64,000 bases of DNA from an uncultured bacterium (GTDB lineage Bacteria; Muiribacteriota; Ozemobacteria; Ozemobacterales; Ozemobacteraceae): contig CAYYIY010000001.1 of NCBI GenBank assembly GCA_964472075.1, positions 150,670 to 214,669 on the forward strand. Reading direction: 5' to 3'. Under the pieces are notes generated by a model. It worked only from the letters and a program-made list of their open reading frames with translations, made no database searches and was not told where the DNA came from. Of this stretch, positions 1-8,343 are shown piece by piece (within the stretch, counting starts at the first letter, position 1; each line of letters starts with the position of its first letter). The translations under genes were made by a program, and so were the position numbers.

Positions 1-1469
1 ACGCGCTTCCCAAAGACCCCAAGCGAGCGCTCGAGATCGTCGATCGATTCATTCGCAATGGTCTGTTTCGCACGAAACCCGGTCCGGACGGCAAGCCCGT
101 ACCCGATCCGATGCGCGTGGCTCTGATCATCGATTACGCGCAATTTCTGATTCCGCGTACCGACCCGGGCTACACCAGCGCCGAGATCGTCGAAACGCTG
201 ATCAAGATTCTGGACTGGGCCTCAGATCCGATGATCGGCAAGGCGATGGTCGTTACCTGTCTGATCGCGGAAACGCTGGCGGATCTCAGCAAGCAGGTCG
301 TCGAAAACCCGCGCTCGGCCAAACTGCGCATCGACCTGCCGAATGCCGCTGAGGTTCGTGATTTCATCGGTTCGATCACCGCTGACATCGCGGACTTCTC
401 GAGTGTCTGCGATGTCGATCGCGAGTCGCTCAGCCAGAAGCTCGAAGGCTTGTCACGCGTCGATCTGCAGAACCTGATCCGGCGAGCCGTCAAGAACCGG
501 CAGCGCATCAGCATGGAGTATCTGCGATCGGTCAAGAAGGAACTCATCGAAAAGTCCGCGGGCGGTCGCATGGAATTCGTCGAATCCACCAAAACCCTCG
601 ATCACGTTGCCGGCCACGTCGCGGTCAAGCAGTGGCTGCGCCAGGACGCGCTGCTGATGAAGCGCGGCAAGCTCAAGGCACTGCCGATGGGGTATCTGAT
701 TACCGGCCGCATCGGCACCGGCAAGACCTATCTCGTCGAGTGTTTTGCGGGGGAATGCGGCATTCCGTGCGTCGAGCTGAAAAATTTCCGCGACAAGTGG
801 GTTGGCGCTTCTGAAGGCAACCTCGAAGCCATCTTCAAGATTCTGCACGCCATGGGTCAGGTCATCGTGTTTGTCGACGAGGCTGACCAGTGGGCGGGCA
901 AACGCAGCAGCGAGGGCGGCGATTCCGGGTTGAGCGGAAGGCTCTATGCCATGCTGGCCCGAGAAATGGCCGACACCCGCAATCGCGGTCGCATCTTCTG
1001 GATGTTCGCCACCTCGCGCCCGGATCTGCTCGAGATCGATCTCAAACGCGTCGGTCGCCTGGACGTTCACATTCCTCTGTTTTCACCGCAGACCGCCGAA
1101 GAACGCAAGGAGTTGTTCGCGGCACTGGCGAAGAAAAACAAGGTGAAACTGGCGGAAGAGGATTATCCAACCTTCCCGGACGATCTCGATATCGGTGGCA
1201 ACGAGATGGAAGGCATTCTGATCCGAGCCTCCCGTTTGTACGAGTTACAGGAAGACACCCCCGACAAGAAACCGATCGGATCGTTCATTCGTGACGTCAT
1301 GAAGGGATACAAACCCATGGCTCACACGGAACGACTCGAGTACATGGATCTCGTCGCCACGCTCGAGTGCACCGACGAACGGTTCCTGCCCGAGAAGTTC
1401 GCGAAGATCCCGCTCGATCAGATCGAACAGCGCATGGCCATATTGAAAGGAAGCCTCGGCGAAGGCTGA
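1..1469 (+). CDS. AAA+ ATPase (classic AAA family), 5'-truncated at window edge
   Basis: Track ORF 111..1469 stays open in-frame back to nt 3 with no stop, so the gene begins upstream of the window. Walker A GRIGTGKT, Walker B VFVDEAD, SRH-like ATSRPDLL..GRLD. Confidence 0.75.
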   Translation, partial: ALPKDPKRALEIVDRFIRNGLFRTKPGPDGKPVPDPMRVALIIDYAQFLIPRTDPGYTSAEIVETLIKILDWASDPMIGKAMVVTCLIAETLADLSKQVVENPRSAKLRIDLPNAAEVRDFIGSITADIADFSSVCDVDRESLSQKLEGLSRVDLQNLIRRAVKNRQRISMEYLRSVKKELIEKSAGGRMEFVESTKTLDHVAGHVAVKQWLRQDALLMKRGKLKALPMGYLITGRIGTGKTYLVECFAGECGIPCVELKNFRDKWVGASEGNLEAIFKILHAMGQVIVFVDEADQWAGKRSSEGGDSGLSGRLYAMLAREMADTRNRGRIFWMFATSRPDLLEIDLKRVGRLDVHIPLFSPQTAEERKELFAALAKKNKVKLAEEDYPTFPDDLDIGGNEMEGILIRASRLYELQEDTPDKKPIGSFIRDVMKGYKPMAHTERLEYMDLVATLECTDERFLPEKFAKIPLDQIEQRMAILKGSLGEG

Positions 1470-1574
1470 TATTCACCCATTCACTCTTCGCTCAGTCTCA
1501 CTCACAGCGCTGGTCGAGTCAGGCCTCCTCATACGCACGCTCAGATCATACTCAGCATAAAGGCGGTGTGCGAT

Positions 1575-3341
1575 TCAGCGCACCGATCCGGAAATGATCG
1601 TGACGTTCGATAAACCAGATCGCGGGCCTTCCGCCGTTCGTTCATCACTCGCAGGGACTTCCGGAAGGGTTTCACAGATTTCCTTGCACAAGAAGCCCAG
1701 AAGATCGGTGATTCGCATTTCAAAAGGCGTCCTGGGTTCGCTTCCGGGAGGTTGCTGAACGGAGTACCGCACCCAGACCGGCATGGCAATACGCTCGACG
1801 ACGATTTCTTCAGGACGGGGAATCATGTAGTAACGATCATGTCCGGAAAAATGAAAATGCCCGGCGGGATCGACCGCGCCGCGGGCGATGGCTTCAGGGG
1901 CGATTCCTTCTTTCGGCTGCAGGGGCAGAGTGACACGCAGAATGGTCTCGTGCATCTCGCCGACTGACTGGCACAGGGCGACTGTCGACGGTTTCGGTTC
2001 TCCGATGGGGTTTTGTCTCAGAAACCAGTTCAGATATGGCTTGATACCCAACATTTCAGGCGCAGATGCCAGGGTTGTTTGTCCAGTCTCGATTTCGATG
2101 AGCACATCACGCTCCTGCATGGCGCTCAGAAAATCCAGAGCTTCATGAATGTCGGGGCGCAACTGACGCTGAACAGCCTCTGGATAAACCAGGACATTGA
2201 CCTGCGGCATCGCGATTGCCGCATTCCACGGATTGAAGCGCTCAAGACGACGCAGCAACAGATCGTTGTCCGAGACAGAATTCGCCGCCGCGGCGGCAAT
2301 GACGGCAGCAAGCTCCTGGCGCAATCGTACGAGATTCAGCCGAGGCGGTTGCCTTTTCAGCAGCGACAGCAGAGTCTTTTCCTGTTCGAGCATCGCCACG
2401 GCTGTCGGTCGATGTTCGAGCCGCTCAACAGCGGTAGCGCGATGCAGCGCACATCTGTCAGCTTTATGGGCAAGATTGAAAGCGGCAACAGTATCGGGAG
2501 CGTGGAGATGCACGTCAACCAGCCTCTTCAGGGTCGTCGGTGCCAGACGTGGAAACGGGACGCGCGCCACCGACAACAGGGCAGCCCCGCTGCATACCAC
2601 CTGTTTCTCACGCACGAAAACCTGCCGCACAACTCCCTGGTAACCGGCCGTCACGGAAAGACGTACCAATTGTCCATGGCTGTCCGTCCGTTCGATCTCA
2701 GCGACAATATCCGTTTCTGCCACCGTATCACCGACGCGCCTTCTCAAAGCGGCCACTCGCCAGGTCGTCGGCACGGCACTCGATTGCCCATGCACCTCAG
2801 GAACTACCACGGTCGGCTCGTCTCCGAGATCGAGAATGTCGTCGAGAACGCCCTCGGTTTCATCCGAATTCAGAAGCGGTTCAGGGCTGAAAATCATCGA
2901 TCCGGAAAACAGACACTGTTCCTTGTCCGAGCTGCCTAACGCAAAGATCCTGATTCGATCGAGCAGAGGATGTCGCACCCCGGCAACTTCAATGGTTCGC
3001 GTCGACGCCTGCTCATCGAGAAACACATCGACGCTCATTCCAGAATCGGGTGGAAACAGGTCTGGAGCTGCATGCGCCGACCAGGCCCATCTGGTTCCCT
3101 TGCCGTCGGTCGCCAGAGATGCACGCGGGGGCTGATACCATCTTCCTTTCAGATTGCGCGCGAGGCGCGCCGCCGCCCAGTTCAGCCCTGATCGTGCCGC
3201 CGCTTCTGCTTTGCGTCGGGCAAGCATTTTCTGAACGGCCCGGGTCTCCTGGCTCGAATAGTTCGACAGGGCAATCAGGCACAGCAACAAAGCCCCACCG
3301 AACACGATGACCAGGGAGAGAGAAAAACCGTGACGTTTCAT
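1575..3341 (-). CDS. GspK-like large minor pseudopilin (type II secretion / type IV pilus)
   Basis: N-terminus MKRHGFSLSLVIVFGGALLL is a prepilin-like leader lacking the +5 Glu, as in GspK. Its start overlaps the upstream pseudopilin stop in an ATGA arrangement. Size is 588 aa if the internal Met is used. Confidence 0.5.
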   Translation of the reverse strand: MKRHGFSLSLVIVFGGALLLCLIALSNYSSQETRAVQKMLARRKAEAAARSGLNWAAARLARNLKGRWYQPPRASLATDGKGTRWAWSAHAAPDLFPPDSGMSVDVFLDEQASTRTIEVAGVRHPLLDRIRIFALGSSDKEQCLFSGSMIFSPEPLLNSDETEGVLDDILDLGDEPTVVVPEVHGQSSAVPTTWRVAALRRRVGDTVAETDIVAEIERTDSHGQLVRLSVTAGYQGVVRQVFVREKQVVCSGAALLSVARVPFPRLAPTTLKRLVDVHLHAPDTVAAFNLAHKADRCALHRATAVERLEHRPTAVAMLEQEKTLLSLLKRQPPRLNLVRLRQELAAVIAAAAANSVSDNDLLLRRLERFNPWNAAIAMPQVNVLVYPEAVQRQLRPDIHEALDFLSAMQERDVLIEIETGQTTLASAPEMLGIKPYLNWFLRQNPIGEPKPSTVALCQSVGEMHETILRVTLPLQPKEGIAPEAIARGAVDPAGHFHFSGHDRYYMIPRPEEIVVERIAMPVWVRYSVQQPPGSEPRTPFEMRITDLLGFLCKEICETLPEVPASDERTAEGPRSGLSNVTIISGSVR

Positions 3342-3844
3342 GGTTCCTCCGGGCACCGAATCTCGTGGCGACAGAACTCACGACGACCACGAGCATCGAT
3401 GACTGAGAACCCGAACGAAATGAATCCGGGCATGGAGCGTTGAACCGAGAACTCGGACAACGGGCCGCCAAGGATTTTCGACCCACTCATGTCAGCGGAA
3501 TTCATTCGCGACAGGTCAGTCAGCTTCAGCATTCCCGTCTCATCGAGAAAGACCAGCTGCAAACGATACTGACTGTCAAGAAACACGGTCATCGAAGCGG
3601 GTGCATCGTCCTGGTTCGGAAAGACGACTTGCCGGCAATCAGCAATGGTTTCAGCAAATCTCAGATGAGTAAACCGCAGTCGATGGCCCGCTTCCATCCG
3701 CTCCGTGCCCGTCTGCAGCCATCTGTGGTAATGGACAAACACGAAGAAGGTCACGCCCACGACCACGACAAACAGAACAATCCCGATCAGCAGTTCCACC
3801 AGAGTGAAACCGTACTGAGTTCGCGGACGGGAATTCAGACTCAT
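3338..3844 (-). CDS. Prepilin-type N-terminal cleavage/methylation domain protein (minor pseudopilin)
   Basis: Internal start gives MSLNSRPRTQYGFTLVELLIGIVLFVVVVG, the canonical G-F-T-L-x-E prepilin motif followed by a hydrophobic helix. There is a 4-nt ATGA overlap with the upstream gene. Confidence 0.7.
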   Translation of the reverse strand: MSLNSRPRTQYGFTLVELLIGIVLFVVVVGVTFFVFVHYHRWLQTGTERMEAGHRLRFTHLRFAETIADCRQVVFPNQDDAPASMTVFLDSQYRLQLVFLDETGMLKLTDLSRMNSADMSGSKILGGPLSEFSVQRSMPGFISFGFSVIDARGRREFCRHEIRCPEEP

Positions 3845-4353
3845 GGAATCGGAACAACCAAACCCTGTGTCAAACGGTGCAGAGGCCGGCCGCCCCATTC
3901 AAGTCTGACAAACAGTCTGACAATCGATCCGTCTACTCCGGAAATGTCCGAGCCGGCTCGGTCTGATACGCTCTTCCCAAGCATGTATCGTACCTGCAAT
4001 AAAGCACGAAAGGGAAGGCGAAGGTTCGGTTCGGCAAACGTCGTGCCCGGAACCAGAGCACCGAGGTCTTCCTGCAGAAGCCGGTTTTCCACGATGGCTT
4101 CGGTCATGTCGGTTTCTCCCTCTCCGTAGGCGAGTCTTCCAGCGCTTGCTTCGTCGGCCAGGCGAAGGAGGATTTTTTCCGCCAGACGCATGGCCGCCGG
4201 GTATTGCCTGATCAGGGTCTGCTGCGGAAGACTCGATTCAGACAAAAACCGACTTACCGTTGTCACCAGCAGAAAAAGCAGACCTACAGAGATCAGCAGT
4301 TCGACAAAGGTAGTACCCTTCGGTTTTTCGCCTGTCATGGGTTGTTCCCGCAT
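3841..4353 (-). CDS. Prepilin-type pseudopilin (GspG/H-like)
   Basis: N-terminus ...KPKGTTFVELLISVGLLFLLV is a prepilin cleavage/methylation motif. It is the first gene of the minus-strand pseudopilin operon. Confidence 0.7.
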   Translation of the reverse strand: MREQPMTGEKPKGTTFVELLISVGLLFLLVTTVSRFLSESSLPQQTLIRQYPAAMRLAEKILLRLADEASAGRLAYGEGETDMTEAIVENRLLQEDLGALVPGTTFAEPNLRLPFRALLQVRYMLGKSVSDRAGSDISGVDGSIVRLFVRLEWGGRPLHRLTQGLVVPIP

Positions 4354-4456
4354 TTGCCCCTCATGATAGCACAGGCATCAGGGGCGGCTCCATGATGGTT
4401 GGTATGCTATACTTGCATTGTTGTAAAGCTCGCATACGTCTTCAGGAGGCACTGTC

Positions 4457-5281
4457 ATGAGAATGCTGGTCGTGATTCTGGCGCTTGTTCTTTGCTGTGG
4501 ACCGGTTTGTGCCGGAGCTCTCGAGGGATACGACAACCAGAAACTGAGCAACCCCGACCACAAGACCCCGAAGTATCTTTTCGGGCGCGTTGCCCAGAAC
4601 TATTCGCTCGACTCCGTGAAGGACAAAGCCTCTGCCGAAGAGCTGCTGAAGAAAATGCTCCCCGATCTTGTCGCGGCGGGCATGATCATTGAAGAGGTGA
4701 AGGGTGACAAGATCAAGGTAAAAACCGAAATCGGCTGGGAATGGGTCGATGTCATCAGAGGCGCCGGGGCCCCGAACCCGGGCTTTTGGTGGGGTTCCGA
4801 AGGCAAGCCGATTGACGGCACCACCACCGGAGGAACTTCGAACGAGCCGGGCAGCGGAACAACCGGTGAGAGCACCACTTCTTCCCCCGGATCGTCTGCC
4901 GGCGGATTGAGCACGGTTCCCGATCGGCCGGAATATGGTCAGGCATCGATTGACACCAGCAGCGATGAACGTGCCATCATCAGTGCAGCCACCTGGGTGA
5001 AAGAGAAACACCCTGATCTGTTTCCCGAAGGTGACGATCGCGACAAAGCCTACGTCATGATGACACACGTCATCGGCATTTTACGAGCCAAGGGATTCGA
5101 CGTGCATCGGGTGGTCAATCATCCGTCACGTCCGGTCGGACATCCGCTGCGATATGGTTCCGACGCCCTCGTTCTGAAGGGAAAGATCTACGACTGCTAT
5201 GCGGCGCTCGGCGACCCCAATCGCTCGACCCCACAGGCCCTCTACGTCGGCCCGTATGCCGCCGGACGCGCCAAAGAATAA
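4457..5281 (+). CDS. Secreted hypothetical protein
   Basis: Signal peptide MRMLVVILALVLCCGPVCAGA. A Gly/Thr/Ser-rich linker (TTTGGTSNEPGSGTTGESTTSSPGSSAGG) separates two domains. No family recognised. Confidence 0.5.
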   Translation: MRMLVVILALVLCCGPVCAGALEGYDNQKLSNPDHKTPKYLFGRVAQNYSLDSVKDKASAEELLKKMLPDLVAAGMIIEEVKGDKIKVKTEIGWEWVDVIRGAGAPNPGFWWGSEGKPIDGTTTGGTSNEPGSGTTGESTTSSPGSSAGGLSTVPDRPEYGQASIDTSSDERAIISAATWVKEKHPDLFPEGDDRDKAYVMMTHVIGILRAKGFDVHRVVNHPSRPVGHPLRYGSDALVLKGKIYDCYAALGDPNRSTPQALYVGPYAAGRAKE

Positions 5282-5310
5282 ACTTTCGAAGACAGGCTGC
5301 GGAAACGCCC

Positions 5311-5793
5311 TCAGGCAAATCGCCGGTCGGCTCGCGTCACGGCGGCTTCGCCGACCTTTCCCTCAAACCAGCCGATCCGGACTTCGGCGGCGCTGTCGAA
5401 AGCCGGAACATACGGTTTGATATCGAGCAGCGGGGTCTCATCGAGGACATCGATGTTTTCCACGGTCAACACCCGTCCTTTTCGTTCGACCAGTCGCACC
5501 AATGATAACCCGATCGGATTCGGCCGGGCCGGCGAGCGTGTGGCAAAAATGCCGTGTTCAACCGTATCGAGAAACGGCTTCACTCGCAGGCGTGCCTGAC
5601 GACTGCCATGCAGATGATAGATCAGCCACAAGTGCGAAAATCCTTCCAGATCGATCAATCCTTCCTCGAATTCCCGATGAATTTCTATTGTACCGGTTAT
5701 CTTTTCCGCCCCGCAAGGCTGAACGGGCATTCCCTCGACCTGAATATACGGAGTGCGAATAATCCCTATCGCTTGCAGATTGATGTGTTCCAT
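5311..5793 (-). CDS. tsaA: tRNA (adenine37-N6)-methyltransferase TrmO/TsaA family
   Basis: IGIIRTPY...PNPIGLSLVRL...DETPLLDIKPY motifs are typical of the YaeB/TsaA SAM-dependent methyltransferase fold. Length is 160 aa. Confidence 0.8.
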   Translation of the reverse strand: MEHINLQAIGIIRTPYIQVEGMPVQPCGAEKITGTIEIHREFEEGLIDLEGFSHLWLIYHLHGSRQARLRVKPFLDTVEHGIFATRSPARPNPIGLSLVRLVERKGRVLTVENIDVLDETPLLDIKPYVPAFDSAAEVRIGWFEGKVGEAAVTRADRRFA

Positions 5794-5984
5794 TCGTTCC
5801 TCCAGGGGCTGACCACCCGAGCACGCATTGAGATGTGCATATAGTAGCGCATTTCAGGCAAACAGCACAGCCCGCTTCGTGAGTCGAAAAGCAGATAGCG
5901 AATCCCGCGTCGAGTTTTGCGGACCTTTTCTTCCTGGGCGAAAAGGATTACACTTGGTAGCATACAGTATGCCCGGAGGCCCCT

Positions 5985-6596
5985 ATGTGTGATCCACAAA
6001 AACTCTTGACCATCAAGGATGCTGCAGAACTGCTGAGCGTCAATCAGGAAGTCCTGCGCCGCTGGCTTCGCCAGGGCCAGATGACCGGGGTCAAAATCGG
6101 CAGCGACTGGCGTATCCGCATGTCTGATCTTGAACGTTATCTGGCTCCAGAAGCGGATGAGAAAGGTCCGGCCGTGCAGCAGGGTCCGAAGATGTGCATT
6201 AAGATTCCGAAGTGGCTGGAGTTTTCGGGCTTGCCCGGCAAGCTGTATCAAGACTATGGGCCGGAAGCCTGGCCGGTGTTCAAGAAACTCGTCGAACTCG
6301 ACTACGAAAAGGAAGAACGCGAAGATCGCCGTGTCTTCTGGTGCGATTCTCTTCTTTCAGAGCGAGTCGGATACCCGGATGACGTGGTCCGCAACACCTT
6401 GAAACAACTCGAAAAATCAGGGTTGATCAAGCAGGGACACGATCGCGCCAAGGGCGACTTTATTCGTATCGTCACCCCTATTCGCACCCCTCGCTTGATT
6501 CTCGACATTCCCTTCGCTCAGGGCGGCATCCGCGGCGCTCCGGAACAGGCATGCGAAAATCGTTGTTTAAGACGCTATCTCGAGCCTGAAAACTGA
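5985..6596 (+). CDS. Excisionase-family HTH DNA-binding protein with a C-terminal winged-helix-like domain
   Basis: LLTIKDAAELLSVNQEVLRRWLRQGQMTGVKIGSDWRI matches the excisionase/AlpA-type HTH. GGAGG lies 9 nt upstream of the ATG. The C-terminus ...ERVGYPDDVVRNTLKQLEKSGLIKQ looks like a winged HTH. Confidence 0.6.
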   Translation: MCDPQKLLTIKDAAELLSVNQEVLRRWLRQGQMTGVKIGSDWRIRMSDLERYLAPEADEKGPAVQQGPKMCIKIPKWLEFSGLPGKLYQDYGPEAWPVFKKLVELDYEKEEREDRRVFWCDSLLSERVGYPDDVVRNTLKQLEKSGLIKQGHDRAKGDFIRIVTPIRTPRLILDIPFAQGGIRGAPEQACENRCLRRYLEPEN

Positions 6597-6603
6597 TGTT
6601 TCA

Positions 6604-6637
6604 CGATACCCGACCCGGACATTCCGAGTCGGGTATC
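6604..6637. terminator. Bidirectional hairpin between convergent genes
   Basis: Perfect 10-bp inverted repeat GATACCCGAC ... GTCGGGTATC with a 14-nt loop, located between the stops of the HTH gene (+) and the ytfJ-like gene (-). Confidence 0.45.
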
Positions 6638-6656
6638 GGAGAGCGATCAATTTCTT

Positions 6657-7175
6657 TCAGCGTTTCACGGCGCTTTCCGGCCCGTCCTTCTTTTCTTCCA
6701 GCTGCATCTTGCGCATCTCGAAGCGTTTGTTGATCATATTCTGAAACACCGGAACCAGCGTCGATACCGCCTGTGAGATCCAGCTTTCCGGTTGCAGGCG
6801 ATGCAGTTGCACCTGACCGTCCTTTTTCAGAATCAGAATGGCGATCGGGCGGGCCATGCCTCCCGCTCCGCAGCCGATGCCCTTGTTCCCTTTCTCGCCT
6901 TCTTTCGAGGCTTTGTCATGTGATTTGACTTCGGTCTCAGAACGCACACGCTCTCCCATGCCGAAGCCGAAGCCGCGCACAATGATGGGGATGATGGTGA
7001 CATCGCCGGCCGTGACGGGGGTTCCGAGAACGGCGTTGGCATCAAGGTTCGACTTGAGCAAATCGCCAACCTGATGAAACGTCAGGTTGAGATCAGCCGA
7101 AACCGCCGCCGGCTCTTCGGCCTGAGCCAGACACGCGACACACAACAACGCGATCAGTACCAGTACCTTCTTCAT
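6657..7175 (-). CDS. YtfJ/GerW family protein (secreted)
   Basis: Signal peptide MKKVLVLIALLCVACLAQA. GDVTIIPIIVRGFGFGMG ... GCGAGGMARPIAILIL matches the conserved Gly-rich core of the YtfJ/GerW (spore-associated) family. Confidence 0.65.
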   Translation of the reverse strand: MKKVLVLIALLCVACLAQAEEPAAVSADLNLTFHQVGDLLKSNLDANAVLGTPVTAGDVTIIPIIVRGFGFGMGERVRSETEVKSHDKASKEGEKGNKGIGCGAGGMARPIAILILKKDGQVQLHRLQPESWISQAVSTLVPVFQNMINKRFEMRKMQLEEKKDGPESAVKR

Positions 7176-8242
7176 GAAACAACCTCCGGTGGATTGATTT
7201 CGGACACACGAACAGAACTTTCAGATACACTTCCAGCCAGAATCAGACCGCCTGTTCCGCCCAGGAGGGCCGAAGCAAAGAACAGCGGCCCAATGGCCGG
7301 CACCAGCACCAGAAACCAGACGCACACGACAAGCAGTGCGGCCGCCAAGGGCCAGGCACGCCCCTGCACGAACTTTCCCAGACAACACTGGCCGATAGCC
7401 ATCGCCGTCACCGCCGGGGCAACGAGCAAGAGGGGAAACAGCGGAACAATCGCAAACAAAGGCACAATCAAGCCGATCTTCGACTTCCAGCCGGTCACCA
7501 CCAGAAGGGCAAAAACGACGGCTCCGATGAGTCCGTAGAGCACAGCCGCGACCGGAAACGACCGCAGAGAGCGGGCCGCCTGCGTCACCTGGGCGGACAG
7601 CAACATGCACCAGACCAGCGATGCCAGAGCCAGGCCGCCGATTGCCCGTGCCTTCAGCTTCTGCACCGTCGGCGATGCCGACCATTCACGACCAACACGA
7701 TGCACCGTCTCCGACAACGACTCCTGTTCCGGCGGCGGCGTCTGAAGAGCGATGCCACTCTCACGGTTAGCGCTGTCTGCAGCGGAAAACTCCGCCAGCA
7801 GCTCTCGGACAAATGAATAGGGTGATTGCGACGACAAGGGAACGACCGCCGGCTGAGTGGCTGCCGAAACAATCATCTGCAATGGTACAAGCCTTCCATA
7901 GCTTATAACACCATCAGATGCCAGAAATGAAGGAAGACGAAACACCAGAAACTCAGGGGCGGCCGTAACAACAATGGTATGACTGCCAATGTTCAGGGGC
8001 AACGAAGAATACGTCCAGACGTTTGATGCGACAGGCGGCACGACGCCGATAAAGGGCGGTGTCGTCACCGTCGACTCGGCAGGCTGGTCGGTCGGAGCGG
8101 CGATAACCGCACCGCAGGCACACAGCAACACCGTCAGAATGACGGCCACGGCATGGCGGATTCGAGCGTTCACCTCTCCTCCCTCCCGAGCGGCGGTCGC
8201 GCTCTCTCTCAACAGCCTAGAACAGCCTGCGCCCTTTGTCAA
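7172..8242 (-). CDS. Polytopic membrane protein (possible YtfI-like partner of YtfJ)
   Basis: Multiple hydrophobic helices. Its stop overlaps the ytfJ-like start by 4 nt, indicating an operon. Start codon is uncertain. Confidence 0.45.
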   Translation of the reverse strand: MTKGAGCSRLLRESATAAREGGEVNARIRHAVAVILTVLLCACGAVIAAPTDQPAESTVTTPPFIGVVPPVASNVWTYSSLPLNIGSHTIVVTAAPEFLVFRLPSFLASDGVISYGRLVPLQMIVSAATQPAVVPLSSQSPYSFVRELLAEFSAADSANRESGIALQTPPPEQESLSETVHRVGREWSASPTVQKLKARAIGGLALASLVWCMLLSAQVTQAARSLRSFPVAAVLYGLIGAVVFALLVVTGWKSKIGLIVPLFAIVPLFPLLLVAPAVTAMAIGQCCLGKFVQGRAWPLAAALLVVCVWFLVLVPAIGPLFFASALLGGTGGLILAGSVSESSVRVSEINPPEVVS

Positions 8243-8343
8243 ATAAGCGACTTGTACAACTCACCCATGTTTTCAGAAACCAACGTTTCTGAACGGGATA
8301 CCGACGCAGCACGCATCGTGTGAACGGCACCGCCCGGTCGAGA

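Noticed and set aside
453-1070. 205-aa antisense ORF inside the AAA ATPase gene. Similar long antisense or out-of-frame ORFs occur at 2013..2939, 8320..9102, 9574..10170, 19118..19906, 20451..21365, 23268..24176, 25152..26015, 28096..28854, 33336..34349, 35121..35900, 45810..46505, 59116..59757, 59513..60295, 62593..63195 and 63289..63996.
   Set aside because: Each lies opposite or out of frame to a gene with clear family motifs. High GC content suppresses stop codons in alternative frames. None showed recognisable motifs or its own RBS.
5985-6596. Mobile genetic element inferred from the excisionase-family gene
   Set aside because: No integrase, transposase, flanking repeats or compositional shift are visible within the window.
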